A stretch of DNA of 64,000 nt, taken from positions 29,576,001 to 29,640,000 of the forward strand of contig CM119372.1 of the NCBI GenBank assembly GCA_051294905.1, given 5' to 3'. A program made the translations under genes and the position numbers. Numbering within the stretch: position 1 is the first letter of the stretch; each line of letters begins with the position of its first letter. Origin of the DNA: Botryllus schlosseri. Taxonomy: Eukaryota. Positions 35,065 through 47,127 of the stretch are shown piece by piece. The notes beneath the pieces are model-generated. The model saw nothing but the letters and a program-made list of their open reading frames with translations, had not been told where the DNA came from and did no database searches.

Positions 35065-38058
35065 CAGACATGGGGTAATCGCGATTAGTAATCGTAATCG
35101 ATTACGACGATTAAAGCATTTTCAAGTAATCGTAATCGCAATCGATTACGTTCGAAAAAATCCCGAAGTAATCGTAATCGTAATCGACTACTTCCCATAT
35201 TTAATCGATATTTTTTTGTGAAAGAACGATTACTTTTAATTTGTACAAGGACTGTGACATAAACTGAACACTCGTGAACAAGGAATAGATATTATACCAG
35301 TTATTGAGAGCACAAGCGTCGGATTTTCTAATACCACAGCTCATTATTACATCAGAGGTAGCTTTGCTCGTCTTTGCGTAAGAACAGTGTTGGGATCAAG
35401 TCACTACCTTCGAGTCACGAGTCATTTCGAGTCATGGCACATTTTGACTCGAGTCAAGTCAAGTCAATCGATTTTCGAAGGTGACTCGAGTCAAGTCAAG
35501 TCACTCGATTTTTGGAAGTGACTCGAGTCAAGTCAAGTCAAGTAACGAGTCAAGTCACATTTCAAGTCAAGTTGCCTTTCCGAAGTATGAGGTATGCCTA
35601 TACGTCATTGCATTTTGCTAGCTGTCAGAAACACAGATTGACTGGTCATTGATTTTGAACCGATGAACGAATATGAAGTTATGTATCTCTTACATATACG
35701 TAGAAATGCTAAACTACGCAAGTATAATTGCATAGCCTTAGTTCATAGTTACCGGCCAAAATAGAGAATAGATAAACGAATTGATAAGATGCAATACATT
35801 ACCCATTTACAAATGGATATGATACAATTCGAGCCTGCGCCAATAGTCGAGGACTATATAAACTCTCTTCGAACTTAATTTCAATAAAACAAGAGGTTTG
35901 GTTCAGGTACCGAGAACAGTAATAGACATTTTTCTATTATAATACTTTACTATATAATACTAGTTTACGACAGCGTAAGCTGTAAGCTTCGATCACTTCG
36001 TAAGCGGTCAATTTATTTGTGAGAGAACAATGGAGGCTCAGTAAAACGCACGATCATTGAATAATTGATCGTTCTCACGGGCTACACCAGCGTGTCGCGA
36101 ACAATTCGATTGCAAGATACAGTGATTTTTATCGACAGCGATTGCTTGATGACTTGAAATTGACTCGTGAATTTTGCTTCGAGTCACGAGTCAATCCACA
36201 TTTCTGATACGCCGAGTCAAGTCAAGTCAAGTCATTTTCACAAAGTGACTCGAGTCAAGTCAAGTCATGCGAAAAAGATGACTCGAGTCTGACTCGAGTC
36301 AAGTCATGACTCGAGTCATCCCAACACTGCGTAAGAAGTGTCCACACATAGTAAATAGATAATCGGTGTACATTAGTGTGATTGTAAGAAAACCCATCGT
36401 GCTGTATATCGGGTTATCAATACTTTCAGACACCACTACCTCGCAACAGGATAATTAATCACCTCTCTGCCTAAGCAACTTTTGTATTGAAGTTTGGTTC
36501 TGCTTAGTTAAACTATAGATTGTAATAATATAGATTGTTCTAATTCTATAGTTAAATGCAGTTTCAGTTTTGCTGCATGGCGATCAGTAGGCCTATATGG
36601 TACGAACCTACACCAGACAAAGGTTTCAAATTTTGTACTCGTCAAATAAGACATTACGGTCCCCACAACGGCACAAAAATCAACAGCTGCTGATATATAT
36701 CATAACTGAGCCGTTGGTTTGCCGTTTTCGTAATGGCAGTCTGTATTACATTATCTGCATTGAGTTGAAGGCAGAATTTTATTTTCACTTTCTCTTATTC
36801 TCATATTATTCTACTCAAAACGGGCGCCAATCACTATTTCACAATTCTTTACTGAACCTTTGGACCTGCCGCCATAGCCATCGGCTTATATACCATGTTA
36901 GCGTGGGTTGTAACTAGAATCAGGATCAAAACCGCGAAAGTTTCCCCCACCCAAACATTGGTCTTGTGCCCCCATAGAGTAGTCAATTTTGAAGTTGAAG
37001 ATTAAATTTATTCAATAATATTGGTAATTGCATTATATTGCATTATTAATCCTATCTCAGCGCCCGATGGCCGGATTAACCTGAAGAGCAGAGGGCGCGT
37101 AATTCATCATTATAACATCTGGTATCTTGCAATAATCACTTTATTGTATGCTGTTAATTCGTGACCTCCAGTCTGTTATATAGCCAAAAGATATTGATTG
37201 TAGTGGCCCCAACATAGCAGACTAAAAGAAAAACTTGCGTGAGACGCACTCACGAATTGTCATGTCTAATGCTCTGTGGGTGCCCGGGTGGCATTTGCAT
37301 CGTGGGCTCAGATTGAAAGGAATGGACTCTTAGTCACGCCCACCCTGCTCGGCTATTGACAATGGACACATACCCTAAGTTTCCGCCAATGTCTTTCTTT
37401 AGTAGCACACTTCGTGGAGTCTCATGTTGACCGAAACTGCATATGTCTTTTGATGTGTCGAGAAGCGGTATTGAATGGCACCTTAAGGCCTATTACTATG
37501 AATGATGCATGCTTTATTTCTTGAGGGGGAGGCGTATGCATTTCGAAATCAATCCATCAAGAGACATTTAAATCGCAAAGCTCAAAGCGAATTTCCAAGT
37601 TGATGAAATCTCTCGAAAATACTCTAATTTATGTTGGTTTACGAAATACTTTTGAGTAGCCTATCCTCCAACCACGCTCCCCACCCTATAGGGGAATTCG
37701 GGGTGCGGCAGTGATGGACCTGGCAATAATGCAAAACGTTGTGTGCGATAAACCGTCCTCTATAAAATGGGCAATGGGCACATTATGACGTAACAAGGAA
37801 ATGTCCCATCTTTTGTAAAGACAGTTGTTATATCATTAGGCCTATTCAGCGCAATCCATGTATTGTCTTCCAATATAACTACTACGATGCAAAATAAATG
37901 TAATCGTGAGTAATCGTGATTACTTTCCCAGTGTAATCGTAATCGTAATCGACTACTTCCTGATTTTGCAGTAATCGTAATCGTAATCGTAATCGCGTGA
38001 TTCAGAAGTAATCGTAATCGCAATCGATTACATTCATGGAGTAATCACCCCATGTCTG
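35065..38058 (+). mobile_element. hAT-type element, family B, complete inner copy
   Basis: TIR cagacatggggt/accccatgtctg; exact TSD caaggact (35057-35064, 38059-38066). Confidence 0.95.
35385..36329 (-). mobile_element. hAT-type MITE, family A, complete
   Basis: TIR cagtgttgggat/atcccaacactg; exact TSD cgtaagaa. Confidence 0.95.
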
Positions 38059-38825
38059 CAAGGACTATGAAATGAACTGAACATTCGTGAACAAGGAAGA
38101 GATATTATACCAGGTCCGTGATAGCACGAACGTCTGGTTTTCAATTGATATTGCTCATTATTACGTCAGAAGTAGCCTATTAGCTTTGCTAGTCATTGCG
38201 TAAGAAGTAGGCTATCCACTGTAAATGGATATTCGATGTACGTACGTCGTACATAAGTGTGATTGAAAGAACACCCGCCTTGCTGTATATCCAGTTATCA
38301 ACACGTTCCACACGGCAGTACCTCGCAGCAGGATAATTAGTCACCACTCTGCGTAGTTTAAAATAGTAACTTGTGTATTGTTGTTTGGTTATGCTTAGTT
38401 AAATGCAGTTTGACCGTTGCTGCTTGGCGAGCAGTAGGCCCATATAGTACATACGTACACCGGACAAAGATTTAAAATTTTGTACTCATCAAATAAAACG
38501 TTACGGTTTCCACAACGAAGCATTGAAAGTCAACAACTGCTAATATATATCATAACCGAGCCGTTTTTGCCGTTTCTCGTAATGGCAGCTTGCAGTACAT
38601 TATCTGTATTGAGTTGAAGGCAGAATTTTATGTTCTCTTCATCTTATTCTCATGTGACTCTATACTTGAAACGGGCGCCAATCGTTATTTCACAAATCTT
38701 TACTCAACATTTGGGACCTGCCGCCAAAGCCATATATATCATGCTAGCGTAGGTTGTAGCTAGAATCAGGACCAAAACAGCAATTAGTCCCCCAGTCCAA
38801 ACGTTGGTCTTTGGCACCCATGGGG

Positions 38826-39799
38826 TAGGGTTGCCATACGTCCGGAATTTCCCGGACATGTCCGGAATTTCACTGTTAAAACTGCGTCCGGGAGGAATTT
38901 CTAAAATATGCTTAAATGTCCGGAATTTTGAAGGCTTGAAGTATAAGCTCATAATTTTTTCGTAAATCAAGACAAACAGTATTATTTTGGGCAGATTTAT
39001 GCTACCTATATAAAAAATTTCTTCGCGCTGCGCGCGATTTAGCATCACATATATTGGTTTCAATATGGGGACTACCACCCTCGCAAAAACTGCTATCAAG
39101 CTTAGATAAAATAGCATTTATCCACAGAAATACGTCTAATTGTAATCGCAATTACAAGATAACGGTATATTCATAGGGGCGGTTTAGGCCAAATTTGGAG
39201 CTGGACCACGGCAAATTGGATACGGAGTCGCGACCATAAAAGATTGGGAACCACGGTTGTGCGGTGCTTATGTAGCTCGGTGGTGCAGTGGGCACCGGCA
39301 TTAGGCTGATAAATAGTCTTGTCGGTGTGACATGAACATGACTTAACGATCTACAATTACGCTCCTGCATTTTCGAAGTCATCATCATCCACCTGCTCTA
39401 CCGCTATCTCTGATCGCATGTGGGCGGAGAGAAGATCAAAATTATGTAGTGATATATGGAAGAACCAATATTATTGACATATTTCATTCAAATCATTTAA
39501 CAATCAAATGCATATACGTAGTAGCCCGCAGAAGTTGCATCGATTACCCTACGGTGGGCCCAAAATCAGTGTTTATTTGTGCAGAAGGGGGCTGAAAAAA
39601 TGTGACTTCGGCCCTGGTTACAACTTACAAGACACAGGCACATACTCCTGAACCGGATCGTGACCACCTCTAGCCGATGGACAAAGCTTTGCTGGTGTGA
39701 CGTCATAAGGATCGACAATGTGCCCATACCTCATTTGAAATCCACTAGTGGGCGCTAAAGACCGTCCGGAATTCATGTAACAAAAATATGGTAACCCTA
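38826..39799 (+). mobile_element. hAT MITE, family D
   Basis: Termini tagggttgccata...tatggtaacccta; tccgga subterminal repeats. Confidence 0.85.
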
Positions 39800-39801
39800 C
39801 T

Positions 39802-42212
39802 TAGGGTTGCCATACGTCCGGAATTTCCCGGACATGTCCGGAATTTCACTGAAAAATCTGCGTCCGGGAGGAATTTCTAAAATATGCCTAAATGTCCGGA
39901 ATTTTGAAGGCTCAACATAAACAATATTATTTTTAAGCAGATTAATGCTATTAAAAATTCTTTCTTCGCGCAGCGTGCGAGTTAATGTAACGTATATTGA
40001 TATTAGTATGGACATCAGGCACCACCCTCCCAAATTAGCAATGAAAATAAATATAAATAACCATCATATACTGAAATAAATCTGATTGTAATCGCAATTA
40101 TAAGCTAACGGTAAATTACTAGAGTTTGTTATAAGGCCGATTGGATGCTTCAGTCACAGACAGTGGTTCCGAATCTTGAGATCGTTTTCCTTTATCTTGG
40201 GATCGCGATGATGTTGGACGTATAATCAGCTTCCTATGCCGTAACTTTCGGCAAGCTGATTTTTTTAGTAATCAGCTTATCAAGTTTGGAGCTGGGCCAC
40301 GGAACATTCTGAAGTTGGAACTGAGGTTGCGACCATAAAAAGTTGGAAATCACCGGATGTGCCACCTGCTAGTGCATTTTATAGTAGCCTAATATATGGA
40401 ATAATCAATAATATTGATAGAAGTCATTCAAAAAATTTAACAGCAAAATGCATATTGTAAGAGCCCAAGAAGTTACATCGACTACCGTATGTGGGCCCAA
40501 GATCAGTGTTATTTTTTCGGTGTAAGGGGGCAGAAAAAATGTTGTTTCGGACCTGATTAAAACACATAACCTGATAGCCGTACCGACCTAACAGTATAGC
40601 AGGGCTGTCGAACACAATCCTGAAAGGCCAGACGCGGCCCGCCAGACGATTTCATCCGGACCGTGGAGAAATCAATTGCAGACTCTAGCAAGTAGCAATC
40701 ACCAGAGCCCGCATTACAGATGGCCCAATTCATGACCTATGCTCCTCTCCATTCCTGTATATCAAGTAAGATTTCGAGTTTTTATGCAGTGCTCGCGTAC
40801 CACCTACATAAGATAAGGTCTCCGAATGTGGTAAAAATGTTTCCGCCGTGTTGAGGTGCATTTTAAGGCGCAATAGATGATTTCTGTAGTGGATCCATAT
40901 CAAATTCTTGTGGTCAAATATACTAAAACGAAATTTGGTTAGGTAAGAAACCCAATGCTTTACGACTAGATCTCTTTGCCGTAGGCCGTCACTTGCGCGA
41001 TAGCCCCTACCAACGACGACGACCTTCACGACGACGGCGGCTTCGAAAACTCAAAATCAACCCGACTTTAACCAATAACTCCCTTCGGTCGAAAAAAACA
41101 GAATCTACTCGCGTACCACCTCGAAGACCTTCGCGTAACATTACCACTGCTGTATACACTATACCAGTGGTCGGGAACCTATGGCTCGCGAGCCATATAT
41201 GGCTCTTTTGGGTATAAGATATGGCTCTTTTCCAAATATTCATTTTTGTGCTGAATTAATCAATATTGCAGCGACTTGTTGGTGAATTTTCATCATGGCC
41301 AGAATAATTATTCTCGTGGCAGCATAAACGTGTCTTTGACAGGTATGCGGTGTTCAGGTATAGGGGATCGGACCCCCTCTTTTCAAAATCATCGAATTTA
41401 AGTTACTCGCGAATTCTATGTACCCGACTCGAAATCTTGATTTGTGCGATACGTTGATTAGTCAAAGAGCATAGCAGACATGGCGACGCCAATTTAAAAA
41501 CGAAGTTTTCAAATACATATTGTCTTCCTGAGCTCCGGCGCGAAATGAACTGTTGTGGATGTGACATGCACAATTACAAACTCCAATTACAAAAAACGCG
41601 ATAGCTATCCACGTTATTGATTGGTAAGTAATAGCTCTATGTACCAGCGATAAAATCTATGCGTATAGCCCAACGTTAGTTACCACCGAATGCTTCGAGA
41701 ATTGAGAAGTCGACAAGTATTTAGATTTTCCGAATCAGTGTGACAGTCACATTCGATTAATATCGGTTATTATAAGTTCTAAGCAACTTACGATGAATTG
41801 CGTTATCCATGGTGAGGCTTGGTCCGTCTGTGCCTTACCTCTCGTTTCGAGCTTTATTTTCGAACACTAAATACCAGTTTTCACAGAGAAAATACGGCGC
41901 ACACGAGGAATCCCATGTAGTGAGTTCGAATTGGTGTTACGATGACGTCACAATCGAATTTCCATGACGTCACGAATCTTCAATTGTGACGTGATTGGCA
42001 TGTATGGCTCTTTGGGACTTGATATGGAAAAAATAGGGCCAATATGGCTATTCGGGCAAAAAAGGTTCCCGACCACTGCACTATACAGTCGATGGCCAAT
42101 GCTTTGCTAGTGTGACGTCATATTGACAGACAATATGTCACCTCATTTTTAAATCCGCTAGTGGGCGCTGAAGACTGTCCGGAATTTGCCTCACAAGAAT
42201 ATGGTAACCCTA
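39802..42212 (+). mobile_element. hAT MITE, family D, second head-to-tail copy with nested insertions
   Basis: Same termini and a colinear internal sequence; extra DNA from about 40600 to 42086. Confidence 0.85.
41165..42078. mobile_element. Charlie-type hAT MITE
   Basis: TIR cagtggtcgggaacct/aggttcccgaccactg; exact TSD cactatac. Confidence 0.93.
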
Positions 42213-42481
42213 CTGTACATAGATGCGGCTCGTGCGTATAATAAATTGGTGTGCTACACCATGTTTGCTTGGAAAAGTTATTCTCACGAATTTTTCCACA
42301 AGGGCTTACTTCTAATACGGTAGCGCTTATAGTTGTATTAAACGTTTAAGTGCCAACTACCAGATTGCCATTTGGTGGTATGTAGCCTTACGTATCGTAC
42401 GATACGTCCCAGCATGCCGCCAGATCAGTGCACATGATTGTCCAAACCGCATCCCTGGAAGAGCTAACGACGAGTATTGGC

Positions 42482-42876
42482 TAGGGCTGGGCACAATAAT
42501 TCGGGTACTCGAATCTGAATCGATATTAATTTTAATGATTCGAGTCGAGTAGCAAAAAACGATTTTTTCGAGTACTGAAGTTATTCGCTCTTCGCCACTC
42601 GAAGTTAATTTACCAACGAGAATTAAATTTATGATACTATTTTCCACTGTGGTAGCCTTGCAACCATGATTGGCCGTATCGCAACAGACAATGTGTATCT
42701 TCAATGTGATGGATAACGGGCATTATATTCTTTGTGGTGGCATAAAAGGTACATATTTGACCTGTGTCATATTATATACTGTTATGGCGTCATAATGAGT
42801 GGTACTTGACTCGAAGCATGATGCGTGATTCAGGATCGAATCACTTAGGCAGGCTACTCGATTTTGCCCAACCATA
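42482..42876. mobile_element. hAT-type MITE with TACTCGA repeats
   Basis: Termini tagggctgggca...tgcccaaccata. Confidence 0.6.
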
Positions 42877-43319
42877 GTATACGGCCGTAAACCAATTAGT
42901 TTCGCAAAACCAATTAGTCCTGAATTAACTGGATTGGATTGCATTTCCGTTTACGTTTTCGATATGGGATAGTTCCATCAGCAGCGCCATTACAGACAAA
43001 ACAGCTTCTCCATACGCTTGCATGGGCACTGCGCTTTCGATATGATGTGGTCTTCCATCGACGTTTTTTGACCCTCAACAATGCCAATACGGCCGTAAAC
43101 CAAACTTTACGCTGATTGGTCGAGAGACAATGGCCATGGATACGGCGCAGTAACGGAGGACTCTGCATTTACCTAAGCCTAGTTGGCACTACGATGTATT
43201 CCTATGACCGTGTAGACTGTATAAAAACCACAAGATTACAGATAAATGTTTATTTCTTCATCAATAACAGAATTATTAGGAAAGTAAATAAAATATTTAG
43301 TAACATATACTAAAATATA

Positions 43320-43452
43320 TTGCCGAAATACTGCTGTGTTTATAAATGCAGTGCCACCAATGGCAACGAACTGGGTAAGAACAGATATTTCCACTCATTT
43401 CCTTCCAACGCAAAGGACAGGAAGGCTTGGAAATGCAGAGTAAGAAGGCAGG
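43320..43452 (+). pseudogene. THAP zinc-finger fragment, left arm
   Basis: PKYCCVYKCS....FHSFP....RKAW..RVRR; TTG in the start position; truncated. Confidence 0.8.
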
Positions 43453-43574
43453 CCTATTTGTGGCATACATTCGGCCTGAATTTGATGCCAATAAGAGTGG
43501 TTTACTTGTAAATATCTAGCAGCAGTCAAATAAAACTCCCTTTCTGTGATTTCTTCCCCAGTTCAAATTTCATG

Positions 43575-44390
43575 AGCTCGTCGACTATGTTGTTACGATA
43601 TTTCCAGGGGCACCTTACCTTAAGCACACAAACTGCAGATGAGGTCTGCTCAGCTAGAATCACTCTATCAGGTGAACAACCCAGATTTCCACATGAAAAG
43701 AAAGAAAAAAACTAGACCAATCTTTGCTACATTCACATGAGTGATCTTCAGTAGTTTTGAATAGCCCTTTCTTCGTGCGAGAACCCCCACAATATTGAAT
43801 CCCTGTTCATGCTGTATTGTCCTTGAAGTATGTATGTATGTATGTATTAATGGGTACAACACAGTGGAGCTTATCGCCGTTTAGGCCTTGTGCTCCACGA
43901 CATGAATTTCATAATGTTCAGAGGTCTTTGCTTTTAGTATTCTTGGGAACGTCTTTCAATCTCTCTCGCAGTCATTCTTCATTCTCTCTCGCTCCCAAGC
44001 GTTCCCATCGAGGTCGTTGCTGCCGACTTGTAGCACGGCTCACTTTCAGTCTGGGCTTTTCAATGCACTACAGTTGCAGTGAGGTCGGCGATGAGGGCCC
44101 AGAGAAACCTCCGACACGTAGAAGCGGGTCAGAACCGTGATTCGAACCCACGTCCATTGGTGTCGTGACTGCAGTGTTTAACCAACTGCGCCACTCGCTT
44201 CCCCTGTCCTTGAAGTGATTTGAAAAGAGATGGTGGATATGGAGTACCTGCAGCATGACTTGTTCCCCTCAAAGCAGTCTAAAACCCTACCAAGATTGCT
44301 ACTTGTGAGTCGAAGAGCCCTATGTATTTACCCCATTCTGCTCATTATCTCTGTTCTGATGTCCTGTGGGCAAGGTAGCTAATCTGCATA
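43575..44390 (-). pseudogene. YqaJ/lambda-exonuclease-like gene remnant, split by a SINE
   Basis: Ordered motifs across frameshifts and stops: HRALRLTSSNLGRV, SILWGFSHEERAIQNY, VNVAKIGLV, LGCSPDRV, VLKVRCPWKYR (consensus R..RLTAS, WG..E, GL, LGASPDG, EIKCP). Confidence 0.8.
43830..44204 (-). mobile_element. Full-length tRNA-derived SINE
   Basis: A box tggcgcagttgg, B box ggttcgaatc, (TACA)n tail, exact 12-bp TSD tgtccttgaagt (43818-43829, 44205-44216). Confidence 0.93.
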
Positions 44391-44672
44391 TGACTAACTT
44401 TGTTGGCTTCTAACCCTAAGATTCGTGTGATAGCGTTGAAGATTCCATTTCAAGGCTACACGATGGGGATTCTAGATCAGGATCACCAGATGACAATTTA
44501 GGATTTGCATGTGCAGCATCCACAACATTGGAGGGAGAAAGTTGACACGGAATGGAGTTCAGGGTCCGCCTTTTTGCAATGCGCGTATCTTCTGCTTCAC
44601 CACGGAGATTGTGACTGGGAATCATACCTCTCTCTAAACGTGATTTTATGAACTGCTTTGGTGTATCTATAA

Positions 44673-46041
44673 CAGTGGTTCTCAACCTTTTTCGCCTCGC
44701 GGACCGGTAAAATTTCAAAAAATGTCTGGCGGACCGGTGAACTGTCAAAATTGAAAAGAAGCCAAAATGTAAAGCATGCAACCGTTTTTGGCAATTATAT
44801 GATGCTAGAGAGTGACATTTGGAGGGTTTTGATCGTATTTAATAATATTTACGATGGCATCCATGGGATTTTATGGTAGTGAGTCTGCCAAGTCGAGGTA
44901 AAATTGCCTTGTCCAGATAAACGTGCTACCGCTGAGAGTCGTTTACAGTCTTTCGCGGCAAAGGCCGTGGGTTTAAATGGCCACGCCAACTCAATACCGA
45001 CCGACAATATCAAGAGAAGAAGAGTATCGGAGTCGAACCGAGCACCTTGTCGTGCTACCTTGCTCATTGCCCACTGCCACCAGACGCAGGCTACTCCGGC
45101 AACTGCGAATACAGTGCGTGCCGCAAGAAAACACATTACAGCATCTATACCGGCCATCCGCAAATCCGGGCCGAAAAAGCACTTCGTCAGCCCACCCCCA
45201 AAAACGTTGATCTTGGGGCCCCCACAGGGCGATACGCCAAACTTCCGGGGGCTTCGCCCCAAGACCCTACACTTGGGTTGATATTTTCACCTGTACTTGT
45301 GATCGCATCCATTCTACTCAGCGTAAGCAGAGAGTTTACGTAGCTTATCGCGACAATGGCGACAATTTTCGATCATTCACGACTGAAGCGCTTTTCTCGC
45401 GGTCGAATTTTAGGCCCAAATTTCGGAGTCCCCTATGCTAACCTAGACTTCATTATGTGTGGATACGTCGTGGTGCGGCAATGGCTAACGCCGAAATGCC
45501 TATAAATCATGCGTATTTCTCAGAGAAGGGCACCTAATAAGCAAGACATTTAGGAACACTAAATCGTGCAAAGCCCGAAAAGAAATTGAGAAATGTTGGA
45601 AAAAGTTTCAAATAAAACGCTATGATTTATATTCATATGCGAAATAATTTTGGGCCCTTGTCAAGCTCGGCCCCTCTCCAATTGGGCGGTTTGGGGTGCC
45701 CCAGTTACGGTCCTGCACAAAATAAATGAATCGAAAACCAATGATCGAACTGCGATGCTTAGTAATGAGTGAGCTCGTATCTGTTCTGTATTTGTCGCTC
45801 GCATGTCGTCAAATGAAACGTTTTGTACTTAAAGTCAAGTCGAACATGTTTCTAGCCCTAATGTTACCTCAGGAAGTTTTGAGTCAGTTTAAGATTAGAT
45901 GTTTTATTTATTTTATCAAAGGACAAGCCTTCATCATTGCATCTTGAAATTAAAGTATAAAATTGTAATATTCATCGCGGACCGGCAGGAATGTCGTCGC
46001 GGACCGGCACCGGTCCGCGGACCGGCGGTTGAGAGCCACTG
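44673..46041. mobile_element. Charlie-type hAT MITE with a nested family C copy (about 45165-45716)
   Basis: TIR cagtggttctcaacc/ggttgagagccactg; exact TSD atctataa; gcggaccgg repeats. Confidence 0.92.
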
Positions 46042-46094
46042 ATCTATAATGCACTTGCAGCAAAATCTTCCTTGCAAAAGCGGTAGGAGCAAAT

Positions 46095-46340
46095 TATTAT
46101 TATTATTATTATTATTATCATTGTACACAACGGTGGTGCTTTTAGCCTGTAAGGCTTTGTACCCCACGTCATGACAGTATTTGAACTGATCAATGCATTT
46201 CTTCTTGTCTTTGACATTCTTTCCGCTCTCTCATGCACTCGCTCGCGATTCATCGGGTCTTTTGCTGCCGACTTATAGCTCGGCTCACTGTGATTTCTGG
46301 GCTTTTTAAATCACTGCAACTGCAGTGAGGTCGGCGATGA
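46095..46340 (-). mobile_element. 5'-truncated SINE, same family as 43830-44204, (TAA)n tail
   Basis: Colinear homology to 43850-44094. Confidence 0.8.
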
Positions 46341-46671
46341 GAGAGAGAGAGAGAGGGAGAGTCTTTATTTTCATCAAACCAAAATACATAACACACAGCA
46401 GTGATGGTGGTACAAAAAATATGTTTGCACAGTATTCGGTATTAGATAGGAATGATCGATAAGACCGTGAAGGTCATCTAGTCGGATCACACCAGCATCA
46501 AACAGGTACACTTGACTCTAAACAGTCTGGCTTTAAAAAAAAGTTACAGTAGTTAAAAAAATAAAAGAAAAGAAAAATTAAACGATGGTAGCAAATGATC
46601 AATGAAGCAATGTCTGGGCGAGGTAGGGCAACATTGTTAGTGTAACGACAAGAGGTGATCAAGTAGGGCTT

Positions 46672-46842
46672 TTTTGAGCAAATGAAGCTTGTGGGAGTGG
46701 GCTGGAAGTCCTGCTTTCTTTCTCTGCATTCCCAAGTCTTCCTGTCCTTTGCGTTGGGAGGAAATGAATGGCAATATATGTTCTTCCCCAGTTCATTGCC
46801 ATTGGAGGCACTGCATTTATAACCAGAGCAGTATTTCGGCAA
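46672..46842 (-). pseudogene. THAP zinc-finger fragment, right arm
   Basis: PKYCSGYKCS....HSFP....RKTW..R.RK.DFQPTPTSFICSK; the final His is absent. Confidence 0.8.
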
Positions 46843-47127
46843 AATATTTTAGTATATGTTACTAAATATTTTATTTCCTTTCCTAATAATTCTGTTATTG
46901 ATGAAGAAATAAACATTTATCTGTAATCTTGTCGTTTTTATACAGTCCACACGGCTATAGGAATACATGGTAGCGTCAGCTAGGCTTAGGTAAATGCAGC
47001 GTCCTCCGTTGCTGCGCCGTATCCATGGCCAATGTCTCTCGACCAATCAGCGTAAAGTTTGGTTTACGGTCGTATTGGCATTGTTGGGGGTCAAAAAACG
47101 TCGATGGAAGACCACATCATATCTAAA

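Larger units (their letters stand above)
34878..38823 (+). mobile_element. hAT-type element, family B (GTAATC repeats), outer copy, right end missing
   Basis: Starts cagacatggggtaatc; interrupted at 35064 by another family B copy; resumes at 38067. Confidence 0.85.

Noticed and set aside
34880..36329. CRISPR-like array
   Set aside because: The repeats are 5-6-mer subterminal arrays within TIR/TSD-bounded MITEs; no unique spacers and no cas genes.
37760..38023. MRLRLLL/ITITIT ORFs (also 56833 and 63069)
   Set aside because: Translations of GTAATC repeats.
44849..45343. Overlapping 98-137 aa ORFs
   Set aside because: They span the junction of two nested GC-rich MITEs and have no protein motif.
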